NCBI RefSeq assembly: GCF_001194135.2
Contig: NC_068983.1
Span: 7,702,276 to 7,766,275 of the forward strand
Direction of reading: 5' to 3'
Origin: Octopus bimaculoides
Taxonomy: Eukaryota
Length of the DNA: 64,000 nucleotides
Position 1 is the first letter of the stretch, and every line of letters starts with the position of its first letter. A model generated the notes under the pieces. That model did no database searches, was not told the origin of the DNA, and was given only the letters and a program-made list of their open reading frames with translations. The position numbers were made by a program, and so were the translations under genes. Of the stretch, positions 1 through 14,339 are shown in pieces.

Positions 1-32
1 ATGTATGTATGTATGTATGTATGTATGTATGC

Positions 33-88
<56 letters not shown>

Positions 89-794
89 AAATGTATACCA
101 AATCCACTCACAAGGCTTTGGTCAGTCCGGAGTTATAGAAGAAAACACTTGATTGCCTTTTGGTGAGGAGGTGTTTCTTGGGAGCTATATTGCGGGTGGT
201 CAGATAGACTTAATGTTTCTAGCATTACATTATCCAACATGTCTTTTTGTTTTATTATAGGTGCGAGCTGAAGGAATAATTAAAAAGACATATAAATTGC
301 GTTCCAGATGTGACCGTCCCACCTTTTTGTTGTTTTCAGACCCAGAGTTTCTGGGACAACGTTATCTAATTCTAGCAATGTTTGATTTCGCATTAACTTA
401 ATTTTTATTTTATTCATTTATATACTTTCTTTCACTTCTTTCAAACAGATTGTCTGCTTTACTTTCACTTTCTCTATATATTATGAAACTCCGTCGTAAA
501 ATAAAGTAATGTATTATTTCAATTTCTTTAATCATATTATTGCTTGTCGTGTTAATGCTTGTTATTGCTTGTCGTGTTAATGCTTGTTATTGCTTGTCTT
601 GTTAATTTCCTCCATGGATCAGAATTTGTGGTTGTTTATATTTTGCAGGCAAGAGAAAAAAATGCAAAGGAGAAGAAAAAGTAAAGGCCATTCGTGAAAA
701 ACGAAACAAAATACAGTTGACCTTGATCGAAGACAATGAAATTGTTTCATTTTCACGAAAGTGAGACTGCCATTGCAACCTAGATCTTCCCGTC

Positions 795-834
<40 letters not shown>

Positions 835-3477
835 TCGGTGGAGTGAGATCTGAAGAAAATTTGGTTGCTGTTTCTAGCAGGTCAGACAACTGCATTGAAG
901 TTCTCTCCCTGGATCAATAAAAAAGAATGTCTGAGGTTTTTTACAGTTACTGTAATAAAAAGTGGACGTGAAGGAAGTTGTGACAGAAGACGAAGAAGGC
1001 TTTCCAGAAAAGGTCAAGATAACCGACATACAATTAATCAAAATAAAGTTAAATTAAAAAATAAAACCTGTTCTTTATAGCATTTAAAATTATCTTTTTG
1101 AGATCTTAACATTTTTTTTTTAATATCTTCACTTTTCTAAGAAGACGCTGAGGTAAACTTTGCCTATCATCCATAGTGCCGATAAAATAAAGTACAGATA
1201 AGCTAACCACTTCTCTTAAAGTTGCTGACCCTGTGTTTAGTTTAGACACAATATTATCTCTTCCATTGTCCGCGTTTTAATCTTACCATTGATAGAATAG
1301 ATACTATTCTATCTAGGCTAAGACTAAAACTCAGTATAGTATCAAGCAGGTTCATTCGACGTGCTAGAAAAGGCAGTCAAATTACCCTCAACTCATCATC
1401 TACAGCTTGAGCAAAGAAACCGAAAAAAAGAAGAAAAAAAACTGAAAAATGAAACAAGTTTTTCAAACTTCTTTTCCTTCTCTGTCCATGCTATTATTTC
1501 TAGCTGAAAGACATATTTCGTTATCCGGCCATAAACGATCTTCGTAATACTCCCGGACCACATTCATTCGCTCGTCCTGACCAATGTCGTTTAAGAGAAT
1601 TGAACCCTTTAGGTGATTTCGATGGAAAATACTAATAGCAATGTATTATGGATCTTTTCCTTTTATTCTGAGTTCAAATCTTGCTGAGGTCTTCTTCACC
1701 TGTCATTCTGTTGGTGGGGTGGGGAAAGTTCATATTGGTGCCTTCCCACAGAAAAAAGGTCGATTTGACTTTACAAATTTTTACCTACAGAACTCGGCCA
1801 CATCTTCGATCAATAGAAATCAATATACTTATTTTGATTATTGATATTTCTATTGTTGACTAACTCTGAATCATTGGAAGTTACTCTTTAATCCAAGGTC
1901 AGCCCTTATGAGTCCAACCGTAACCATCACGACTTGCATATACTCAGGACTATAATGACACAAAATCTGTTCCCATTTTGAAGATGGTGGTAGTGTATGC
2001 AGATGAGAGTGATTTGAAGGAAGTGACTGTTGTTTCTAGCAGCCCAAGTGACTGGGTTAAAACTCAGGCCGTTCGTGTAAGGTAAGCTATTATATTGCCC
2101 CAAGTCATCTCTGACAGAATAGAACTAAAACCAAACTCCTTCCAAACTTGTCCATCGCATTTTGATTTTAAGACAATGTATCTAGGACTGCATTATCCAG
2201 GGTATCCCCTTATCCTGCCTTTAAAAAAAAAAAAAAAAAAGCGAATGAGATATTTGACGAAGATTTGATTGCTATTTCTAGTACGTCAAGCAACCACAAT
2301 GGGACTACCTCGTGTAAATGAAGTAATTTAAAGTGGAGTCTTCAACCAGGAATTTCCACACATCATTCCTTGTTATTTTAAATCAATGACTTTCTTCAGG
2401 TTTATTAAGTATCGACCGGAAGATAGGGAAGGAGAAGAGAGATGCCATGTTGTAACGTCATGTCCAAGTAGAATAAACCTGATTCTTCTTTTATTTTAAT
2501 TTCATTCACATCTATGATGCTTTATTTATTCATTTTATTTTTTAACATCGACCCTAGTTTTTAACTGGTTCTTTATTTTATCGATCCCGAAGGGATGGAA
2601 GGTAAAATTGATCGCGGCGTGATTCGAAATCAGAGCGTAAAGGCGTAAAGAGCCGAAAGAATGTTGCTAAGCATTTCGCTCAACATGCTAACAATTCTAC
2701 CGGCTTACCGCTTTTAGGATGCTTTATAGGAATATTAAAATGATCCCAGTACTTCATCATCGTCGTCATCGCCATCAATCGGGGTCCATATAAGATTTTG
2801 GGGGTCCAGGCAACAAATTGGTAGATTGTGGGATCCACAATAGTATTTTAAGGGCCCTGGAAAAATGTTTGTTTTAGACGTATGTATTGGTATGTATTGC
2901 AAGAAACAGCTAGGTTTCTTTCTCTAGCATTTTACATAATTCAATCTACACAAGTTAATAATGTGTGGAAAACAAAAGAGGAATTTTGAAAGATGTATCT
3001 ATAAAACTAGTTTCTAAACATCGAATGACTATGGGGGTTCACCTGAATAAAATAGTTGAGAACCCTTGATAAAAAATGGTTGAGAACCCCTGATGGTCAT
3101 CTCTGTCACCAAAGCCGCCGCCACCACTGTGATAGATATAAGCAACAGGATTGTTTTGTGGATCACAATCTTTTTCCAAAGGCCTACAGTTCAGAACCAC
3201 TGATGCAGGGGCTTTTATAGGCTCTACTTTTCCGTCCAGTTTTTTTCTCAGCCCTTATTTGTTAGCATAAACTGTTTTCGTTATTCCGGTTCCTAACATA
3301 TCGTTCTATGAAAGACAAATATATTTAAAGTCCAGATGTAAAGGTAACAAAATGGCCCAGCAATTTTTTTTTATTAAAAATTTGCTTATAGTGGCTAGAA
3401 TTCTTAAGATGCTTTAGATATATGGACAATTGAAATGTGATGATATTCATGGATTTCTTTAAACTCAAATAACGACG

Positions 3478-3940
3478 CTCTTTTGGCGTGTGATCTACAA
3501 GGGAGATTACTTTAGATTACTTTTTAAATTATTTTATACGTAGTTAGCATTGTAATTGTATTTTTTTAAAATTCTTACTATTTTAATAATAAGAAAACCA
3601 TATAATAATTAAAATAAGCGCGTAGATCACCCACCAAAGTAGATTTGCTCACGTAGATCACACGGAAAGTAGCACTAACACAAAGTAAACTAAAAAGTAA
3701 ACCCTTTAAATTGTAGATCACACGGCAAAGTGACACGTTTCTTTTTCTTAAGAAATGATGTGAATTTAGTGATAGTTCCTTGTAAAGATGCAACTGCCTT
3801 CTGGTTTCTTATAGAAATGCAACTGCCTTCGTCTCGTCGCTGATCACATTGTAAAAACCTTTAGCCAACATCTTACGGGTTTTAGAAATTGAAAAGTAAA
3901 CTAAAAAGTAACCTCCCTTGGAGATCACACACCAAAAGAG
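3478..3940. mobile_element. MITE-like element with about 36-bp inverted repeats and internal repeated motif
   Basis: ctcttttggcgtgtgatctacaagggagattacttt (3478-3513) is inverted at 3905-3940 with 3 mismatches. Internal tagatcacacgg(c)aaagt-like motif near 3623, 3653 and 3713. Confidence 0.65.
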
Positions 3941-5037
3941 TACCCAAATAAATTTAAACCAGAATTGAAACCGGAAATTTAATGGAAAAGAAAACCACGT
4001 CTGATTATTCCTGTTAATGTGAGATGGGAAGTTGTAACACTAATGCTGTTTTTTCCCTTATAGTATCAGTACAAGGCCTACAATTTTGGGTGAGAAGAAC
4101 GAGTCGATTAACATCAACTCTAGTGATCAACTGATACTAATTTTATCGACTCCGAAGGGATAAAAGACAAAGTCGACTTCGGTGGAATTAGAACTCAGAA
4201 TGTAGAGACGGAAGAAATGCCACTAAGCATTTTGTCCAGCGTGCTAATGATTCTGCCAGCTCGCTGTCTTAAATATTTAATAAACTTTATAATTCCTGGT
4301 GGAGAGTGAAACTTCTACCTCACGTCACACCATACAACCATAAGGCTGCTTCCAGTAATGAGAAAATTGTGGTCCGAGGGTCTTTATGCATGGCACGCCT
4401 AAAGAAAAATTACTTTCAGGTTCTTTTAGTGGTGCGGCCTGACCGCTGATGAGGCATATCTCATGCGGTCCGCTTCTCCAAAAAGGTTGCCCATGACTGT
4501 ATTAACAAATGCAATTGATTGTTTATAAAGACGTTTGTCAAATGTAAGGGAGATAACCCCTGCTAGGAAACTCATGACGCGGGGAAAAAATCTTTTCCCC
4601 AATTCAGAAAAACTTGATTTTGTTATTGTGTTCTAAGTTAGCACTATTCAAGTAGACCTTTGAACAAGAGTGTTCCACGTGTTCTATTTAGACATAGTTT
4701 AACTACGTCTTCTTTCTTTAATCTACCCTTTTCCAAATTCTTACAGGTGTGGTTTGAGAAAGGTTCTGGCTGCTATTTTCTGTAGATTAAATGACCACTT
4801 CCAAGCATGGGCAAACTGTGGCCTGTGAGACTTTCTAAATCGTACACCTAACGAAAAATTACCTTCAATTTTTTTTTTTTTTAATTCTGTGCCGCTCACC
4901 TGATAATGAGCCATGGTGAATAATTACTTTGCTTGGAAATAGATGAGAGTTGGTGACAGGAAGAGCATGCAGTCATAGAAAGTCTGCTTCATATGAACTC
5001 TTACCCAAAGTGGATGTTAAATGATGATGCTGCACAC

Positions 5038-5073
<36 letters not shown>

Positions 5074-5217
5074 ACACACATACATATGTGTGTCTGGGTG
5101 TTGAAAATGGTAAGTTGTCCACCTACCCATCTAGGACAGCAGTTGCTCTGAATAAGAACTAGTTCAAACCATGATAACCAGAATGACTCATGCCAACATC
5201 GAAAAACGAACATAAAA

Positions 5218-5251
<34 letters not shown>

Positions 5252-6470
5252 GGCGGTGTTGTTACTGGTGATGATGATGAGGATGATGAAACGATGTTGA
5301 TTATAATGAGGCTAGTGCTGGTAGTGGTGGTGGTGGTGGTGGTGGTGACTGTCATGATGGTGGCAGTAATGATAATGATGATAGTGGTGGTGGTGATGGT
5401 GGTGGCAGTGATGGTGGTGAAAATATTGGTGATGATGAAATGATGATGATGATGACGATGATGATGATGAAGATGATTGATGAGTCCAATGTCAAAGACC
5501 AACTGCTAGTGTGGCTTTATCAGATAAAGTACTTCTGACCCTTTGTCTTTCAAAATCTTGCTCATTTCTCTCAGGCGACACCAATCCAATATTTGTAACT
5601 CACACTCGAGTATATATTGAGCATAGGAGAATAAATAAATAAATTATCATCTTTTTTTTTGTTTGTTTTTCATCTAATATTATGTTTCCAAATAATTCAC
5701 AAGTCAAATTCAAAGAAGCTTTGTATTTTGAGAATCAAACAGAAAAAAAAAAGAAAGAAAGAAAGAAAAGCAAAAACAACAAATCTGCTGTTTTTCTGTT
5801 ACAATGCAGTTGTTTCATAATGACCAGGCCGCCGCCACCACCGCTGCCGCCACCACCACCACCACCACCACCATCATCATCACCATCATCATCATCATCA
5901 CTGTCAAGCATTGATGGGCTGGATGATGAATACAGACACAGACACATGCACACATGCACACACTTATACATATATACCTATACAATCCGTATATGTCTGA
6001 TGAACTTCCATAGTTTCTGTCAAACAAATTCACTCATAAGGAATTGGTTGACCTAGCACTATGGTAGAAGACACTTGCCCAAGTTGCCATGCTGTGGAAC
6101 TGAACCCCAAGCTACATGATAGTAAAGCAAATTTCTTAATTGCATAGGTACACCTGTCTTTCTGGAGTTGATAAAATAAGGTACTGCCCATGCTCTGGAC
6201 TCAATATAATTGACTGAACCCTCTTCCAAAGTTTCTAGCTTTTTGCTTTATGTAAGAAATCAGTTTCATCTATTTCTATGTTACATTTTTAATGAGAAAA
6301 ATAAGTTTCAGTTATCCTAATAAGGAACTTAATTCTAGGAACAGTTTAGAGTGTTACGTGCATATTATTCTCAATTTCCAGTCTTCACAAAATTTATTTT
6401 TGCTATAAACTTTATTAAATACCTTTCTTGTTATAAACTTCATTAAATACCTTTATTAAATATCTTTCTT

Positions 6471-7050
6471 GCGAAGACCTGTTGAGGCAAGTGAAATCGA
6501 AATCGAACTAAATTCGATGACTGGCACCCATGCCAACGTCTCCTTCATTGGACACTAAACTCTGCTTGCGAANNNNNNNNNNNNNNNNNNNNNNNNNNNN
6601 NNNNNNNNNNNNNNNNNNNNNNNNNNNNNNNNNNNNNNNNNNNNNNNNNNNNNNNNNNNNNNNNNNNNNNNNNNNNNNNNNNNNNNNNNNNNNNNNNNNN
6701 NNNNNNNNNNNNNNNNNNNNNNNNNNNNNNNNNNNNGGCATGTGAAAAGACATTCAAGCGAGGTTGTTGCTAGTGCTGCCGGACTGGCTTCTGTGCAGGT
6801 GGCACATAAAATACACCATTTTGAGCGTGGCTGTTGCCAGTACTGCCTGACTGGCCCTCGTGCCGATGGCACGTAAAAGCACCCACTACACTCTCGGAGT
6901 GGTTCGCGCTAGGAAGGGCATCCAGCTGTAGAAACTCTGCCAAATCAGATTGGTGCCTGGCGTAGCCATCGGGTTCACCAGTCCTCAGTCAAATCGTCCA
7001 ACCCATGCTAGCATGGAAAGTGGACGTTAAACGATGAAGATTATAATGAT
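6471..7050 (+). mobile_element. Family A RTE 3' UTR copy (contains a gap)
   Basis: Shared core acgtaaaagcacccactacactctcggagtgg...ggaagggcatccagctgtagaaactctgcc...gacgttaaacgatg. Confidence 0.8.
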
Positions 7051-8368
7051 GTTCACAGATAAGTGGAATTGAACAGTAGAGAGCTCTCCACATATTTTCT
7101 AGGTGTATGACTTAAATTTAGCTGGTTGTGTTTGCTTCAAAATTCCAGTTCTTTTACAAATCTCATTACCTCCTGAATGTCTCTTGCATATCTCTAGTGG
7201 TATGCAAACCCTGATTTGAAATCTCTGGCATAAAAGGCCAACATAACAAGATAAATTGTATAACAAAACCTAAAATTAACACTTACGCTAAAGTGCTTTT
7301 CAAATTTTCATACTTAATTTAATTTTACACTTATATTTTACACTTATATTTTACATAATTTTACTTATATTTTACATAATTTTACACTTATATTTTACAC
7401 TTATATTTTAATTTATTGATCTACAGGTAAGTTTCTGTATATTGAGATTTAGTCTTCTGTCTCTCATCTTTTACTTGTTTCAGCCATTAGACTGCGGCCA
7501 AGCTGGGGCACTGCCTTGATGAATTTTTAGTCGAATGAGTCAACGCCAATATATATATATTTTTTTAAAGCCTGGTACTTATTTTATCTCTTTTGCTGAA
7601 CTGTCAAGTGAGTGGGGGGGACATAAACACACCAACACCACTTGTCAAGTGGTGGCAGGGGACAAGCACAGACAGAAACACACACAGGTGCATGCATGCA
7701 CACACACAAATATATATTGCAGGCTTCTTTCAGTTTTCGTCTGCCAGATCCACTCGCAAGGCATTGGTCGCTTGAAACTAAGGCAGATGTTACTTGCTAA
7801 AGGTACCACTCAGTGGAACTAAATCCAGAACCATGTGGTTGGGAAGCAAACATGTTAACACACAACCATGCTTGAATCTCAGCAGATTAAAAAAAACAAA
7901 ACAAAAAACAAAAACAAAACCAATTTGGGTTCAGACAAAGATAAATAGTTAAGAAGTTTGCTTCACAGCCTTGTGGTTTAGGTTCAATCCTACTTTACAG
8001 CACCTCGAGGTAAGTGTTTTCTACTAGAGACGTTGATTAACCAGTATAAGTCAAATGAAATATGGAAGTTATCATCATCATCATCATCGTTTTGTTTTTC
8101 AAACTCCACTATTCCATGCTTGTATTGGTCAGGTAAAATTCGTTTAGGCACATCTCCTACGGCCAGATGGCGCTTCCTCCTAGTCAGATCTGATATGTTT
8201 TCATAGAAAGATGGAAACGAACGGCACAGCTTGTATCACGATGAAGCTCGTTTACAACCCTTGAACGCTGTCAGGGTAAATGATACACTAACATTCGCAT
8301 ACAAACACACATATCAACATACATACTCGCGCGCACACACACACAGGCGCACGAATGTATATTAATGC

Positions 8369-8601
8369 ATTGGGTTGTCCGGAAAGTTCGTGCCGATTTA
8401 TTGTAGCTTACCGTTCGACTTATTTGCCATGAAACCACCTAAGTTCTGGGAAGAGGGTATTTTCAAGTTAAAGGAAAGATGGAGACGCATTGTGCAACAA
8501 AATGGTTCATATTTGGTTGATTAAAAATGTAATGGCAAGTATTTATTGACCTTTTTGTTGTTTCCTTTAAAAATCGGCACGAACTTTCCGGACAACCCAA
8601 T
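8369..8601 (+). mobile_element. Mariner-derived MITE-like deletion derivative (233 bp)
   Basis: Perfect 31-bp TIRs attgggttgtccggaaagttcgtgccgattt (8369-8399 / 8571-8601). The interior encodes the transposase C-terminus LFAMKPPKFWEEGIFKLKERWRRIVQQNGSYLVD*. Confidence 0.92.
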
Positions 8602-9164
8602 ACAAATATTAGTGCTAATGACCAATGATAGTCACTGCCTAGAGGGAGGTAACTCTCTAAAGGGCAATAATTCTATCTTAATTCCACCAATCCAAAAAGA
8701 TCGACAACGCCTCTGCAAGCTTGTTCGCTAGCATGGTCGCAGTCGAACTAGAGAAATTAGTAAAAGAATAAAATGATGTAATTTTGCAGTTGGGAAATTT
8801 CTGATATGACATTAAAACAACAATTAACTAATTAGTCATGTTGTCATTAAGGCAAAATGAGAAGTAGTTGTGAATTTTTCTATTTTCTCTTTATTTTGTG
8901 TTGGTCTCTTCTACATTGGCATGTCATCCTCAGCGCTTTAATACCCATTTTTCCGTGGTTCCGTGCGTCAGATGGAGTTTGCTTGGGCAAATTTTCTACA
9001 TATGGGTGCTCTCTCTCTGTCATTACACCACTTCTGCTTCCAAGCAGGGTAATATTTCTCCCATGGTCAGACCTTCAGAATATTGGAAATGAATGACAGT
9101 GCTTGCATGGCTGTGACACTCTTTTACAACCCTCATGCAATGGAATGATGAGGAGATACTGACA

Positions 9165-9216
<52 letters not shown>

Positions 9217-9418
9217 NNNNNNNNNNTTCTTTCAGTCTCAGTCTACTGAATCCACTTGCAAGGCTTTGGTTGGCCCAAGGCTATAGTTGAAGGGACTGAA
9301 CCTGAAACCATGTAGTTTTGAAGTAAATTTCTTACCATGTAGCCATGCCTGCGCCTTTGATGCACTTTTTCTGATAAGAACCCCAGCTATACAATTAGTG
9401 CTTTTTAGCACTAAATAT

Positions 9419-9745
9419 GTAGCATGGCCCAGTGGTTAGAATGTCGGGCTTACAATCATGAGGTAGTGAGTTCGATTCCTGGACCAGGATGTGTGTTATG
9501 TTCTTGAGCAAGATACTTTATTTCACGTTGCTCCAGTTCACTCTGCTGCAGAAATGAGTTGCAACATCACTGGTGCCAGGCTGTATTGGCCCCTTTGCCT
9601 TTTCCTTGAATAACATTGGTGACATGGAAAAGGCAGACTGGTATGTGTGGGTGACTGCTGGTCTTCTATAAACAACCTTGCTTGGACTTGTGCCTCAGAG
9701 GGTAACTTTCCAGGTGCAATCCCATGGTCATTCATGACCGAAAGG
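9419..9745 (+). mobile_element. tRNA-derived SINE family D. Related heads: 37918-38160(+), 39245-39815(+, split by hAT), 45811-46190(+), 32240-32565(-)
   Basis: A-box TGGCCCAGTGGTTAG, B-box GAGTTCGATTCC, core tgttcttgagcaa..actt.atttc.cgttgctccagttcactc.gctg. The 3' tails differ between copies. Confidence 0.75.
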
Positions 9746-10514
9746 GGTCTTTACCGTTTAGTCTATAACCAGCAGAGAGCAGTGAGGCTGACCAGAGCAG
9801 AGGATCTGTGAGACAGTAACAGCACCTACTTGACCGAAAAACCAGTGGATGATGGCAACAACAAAGACAATAGTGGTGGGGGGGGGGGTAGCAGCNNNNN
9901 NNNNNCAACAAAGACAATAGTGGTGGGGGGGGGGGTAGCAGCATTGGCAGTGACCCAGCCTAACCAGTTAGTTCCAAGGAATACATGATGGCATCTACCC
10001 TTATATCTTATCCAGCAACATCTCATACAAAATTTGAACTAACTTGGTGTATATACCTGTTCTGCCATTTATGGAAGCAATATCTCTTATTTTGATAACG
10101 ACAAAGAAATAAATGTATTTTCATTTAAAATCTCAACAGAATCTGTGTCCTTTTGATCTGCATCGATTCAATATCAAATTATCACACTGTTAACCCTCAC
10201 AAAGAAATTTCGTTACAGGGTTAATTACTTTGGTAAATTTCTCCGAAGTTTTGAATAATGTTCTTCTACAGTTGCTTCTGTGGATCTGCTCTTTGGAAGA
10301 CCTTTGCATCTTCCTTGGCCACACACGTTCCTGATAAAATTGCTAATTATTTAATAATGTGTTATGACATGTCTGTCTGGTACCATGCTGGGAACGAAAA
10401 ATGTACTGAAATTGACCAGCTGCCATCTTATACACATTGCTTGATGCTAGTTTCATGATACCAACTATGCTTAAAAGTAGGAATGTAACATTGATCCAAA
10501 TTTACTAAACCACC

Positions 10515-11190
<676 letters not shown>

Positions 11191-11924
11191 TAAGATTTAA
11201 TGTCCATTTTCCCATGTTTTCAAGGAAAGTGGTTTCCCATTTGGCAGACATTTCCCTTTTTTTGCAGAAGCCTGGAAACAAATAGCCTCACTCCTCCTCC
11301 TCCTCCTCTGATGATGATTATTTACAACCATCACTTGATGTACACACACATACATAAACGATAAGATTCTTTCAGTTTCCATTGATCAAATACATTCACA
11401 AAGTTTTGGTTAGCCTGGGGCGATTGTAGAAGACGCTTGTTCCAGGTGCTACACAGTGGGACCGAACCTAAGACCACATGGTTGGGAAGCAGGCTTCTTA
11501 CCCACAGGACAACATCTATCCACGATATTAACATTCCTAACTACAGCTATCAATGATCTTAGGAATGGCATGAAAATCACAATTTCCAGTTCTCTTAATT
11601 CTCCTGAGTTGAGCTAAATCAAATGGAAACATAATATTATTTCCTAAATTGTATATAAAAATAGTTTTGACATAAAGCTTCACAACATAATCATTTTCCA
11701 GACTATTAAGTTGATCATTAGAGTGGATATTTACAATATCTATATTTACACTGTTTCAATTGAGTTTATCTGTAGTTTAGTATGATAAGGACATTAGTAT
11801 TTTTAAAATAGAAAATGAGAATCCTAGTTCTAGCGTAGTCGTAGGCAGCATTGTACATATTCAGGTATGAGACAATGATCAATATGAAACTTATGAACCC
11901 ATATATATCCCTGGTTGCATTTTC

Positions 11925-12460
11925 GCAGTGCAAAACCTGGGATGAGGTGGTGAAGCATGACCTTCGGACATTAGGCCTCACCGAGGCAATGACTTGTGAC
12001 CAAGACCTTTGGAAATATGCTGTGCGTGAGAAGACCCGGCAAGCCAAGTGAGACCATAATCCGAGGCCTCTGCCAGGGGTGAAGCCAGCCCACTTATGTG
12101 TACCTTTCCTTCATTGGACACTAAACTCCACTTGCGAAAACCTGTCGTGGCAAGTGAAATTGAAATCGAACCAAATTCGACGACTGGCACCCATGCCAAC
12201 CTCTCCTTCATCGGACACTAAACCTGGCTTGCGAAGACCTGTTGGGGGCAAGTGAAATCGAAATTGTGATGGCACCTGTACCAGTGGAGCGCTAAGAGCA
12301 CCGTCTGAGCGTGAACATTGCCAGAGCAGCTGTCTGGCTTCCATGCCAGTGGCACGTAAATAGCACCACTTAAGCGTGATCGTTACCAGCGTCGCCTTAC
12401 TGGCAATTGTGCCAGTGGCACGTGAAAAAACATTCAAGCGAGGTCGTTGCCAGTGCTATG
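11925..12460 (+). mobile_element. Family A RTE 3' fragment
   Basis: Translates as KTWDEVVKHDLRTLGLTEAMTCDQDLWKYAVREKTRQAK*, followed by the family A UTR. Confidence 0.8.
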
Positions 12461-13036
12461 TATAACCAGATCAAACCATCTCAAATGTAACAACCTGAAA
12501 TGGTCGTGACTTCTGGAACTTGACTGAGGAAAGAAAGCCACGAATGACCCATCGTTTTTTGCCTGTCCTTATATTTGTTGTTTCTTTTGTCCACCTTTGT
12601 ATCGTCTGCCTGTCCGAAATTCAGGAGTACCACGTGGTTCGTAAGCAAGCTACTTACCACACAGCCACTTCCTACGCCTATGTATGTATGTATGAGCATA
12701 TGTGTGTGTGTTTCAATGTACTTTTGTCTAGACATCATGTTATGGTTGTAAATGAGCATCACTGCCATACAAGTGAGGTTGTACATTTTCATTTTATGAA
12801 AAACATGTCTGGCCATGAGGAAATATTACCTTGCCTGGGAACAGGTGAGGGCTGGTGACAGGAAAGGCATCTCGCTAATAGGAAATCTGCTTTTAACAAA
12901 TTCCACCTGGCCCAAGCAAACATGGAAAAATGGTTGTTAAATGCTGCTGCTACTGCTGCTGCAGCTGATGATGATGATGATGACACTGCATGGTCATCCC
13001 CTACACTCTTATGTAGCATGGTAAAATGGACATTAA

Positions 13037-13068
<32 letters not shown>

Positions 13069-13732
13069 GATGATGATGACACTGTGGTGCAATCATGTCT
13101 ACACGCAACAGAGCCAATGAAGGAGCCTCTACACTATAGAATCTATATGGTTGCTTGACCAGCTAGAAATAGCAGTCAAATCACATCTCAGACAAACTGT
13201 ACTCTATCATATTAGAAATGAAGAACATGTTGTGATATGTAGTCATAGATATACAATGCAAGAAAAGAAAAACAGTGGGGGTGGTTAAGGATGGATTGAG
13301 TTTGACCAAAGGTCTGGTGGATGAGGGCTGACCCAGAACTAAACAATAACAATATAGATTATTATTACATTTGCATATATCTAAAATACAAAAAAAAAAA
13401 AATGTTACAGCATATCATGAAATATATAAGAAGATACTAGAATAATTATTATTCTCACAGACACACATACACATACATAGTCATACTTATATGTAGTACT
13501 ATTATACATCGATATGCCAGTCAATATACTTACATATACACACACATACACATACATACTTATAAATATACATGCATGTGTAAATTTGTGTGTGTGTGAG
13601 TGTGTTATGCATATATATGAGTGTATATACATAATATATGTATATGTATACAAACACATCTCTCTTTTGTCTTTCTCTCCCGCTCTCTCTCTGTCNNNNN
13701 NNNNNCATTGTTATGATCGGCCATTATTATGA

Positions 13733-13921
13733 TTGACCGTTGACTGAACACTATTCAATTTTTTTTCTCCGTGTTTTTCTCCTTGTCTCCGTATTCTTTC
13801 TGTTGAAGAGCGTAGCTCGAAACGTCAAAGACTTTCCGTATTCCCGAGCGTCATACTAATATATACTTTTGTTATTTACACCACCTGTCCTCGTCTGTTG
13901 TTATTTTTTGTATATTCTCCC
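13733..13921. mobile_element. Probable Penelope-like element terminal repeat (copy 1)
   Basis: Contains ctgttgaagagcgtagctcgaaacgtc and ends in a (TA)n run. The first 93 bp are identical to 54356-54448. The PLE assignment is inferred from the hammerhead-like motif; no RT or GIY-YIG sequence is visible. Confidence 0.45.
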
Positions 13922-14339
13922 ATATATATATATATACATTCTTTCACGTGAACTTACAGAGATCAACACACCTTGATGTACTATTAGCAGCTTTTGAGTA
14001 GGACTACACTGAAAGCTCTCTTTCATATGTTAGATACAAAGATATTTACATGTTTGCATAGTGGTATAATATGTACAGGAATTCCAGTTATCTCCAAATC
14101 TATGTTTAACAGGAAGTCTGTTGCTCAAGAGAAAACCAGCAACAGTATAATATCAACTTTTGCTGAAACAAAATCCTGTGCAGATGAAGTTTAAAACATC
14201 ACCTCCTGCTTTGAACCTAATTTGTGTAATATAATATAACTCTTTCTTTATTAACAGTATTTTTTTGCAGGAGAAAACCTGTATTTAACCCTTCTGAGAT
14301 TTGAGTTATTATGATGCCTTATTTAACACCAATAAGGGT

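Noticed and set aside
9858-9941. Direct repeat caacaaagacaatagtggtg(g)n-tagcagc on both sides of a 9-N gap
   Set aside because: Typical unmerged contig overlap, i.e. an assembly artefact.
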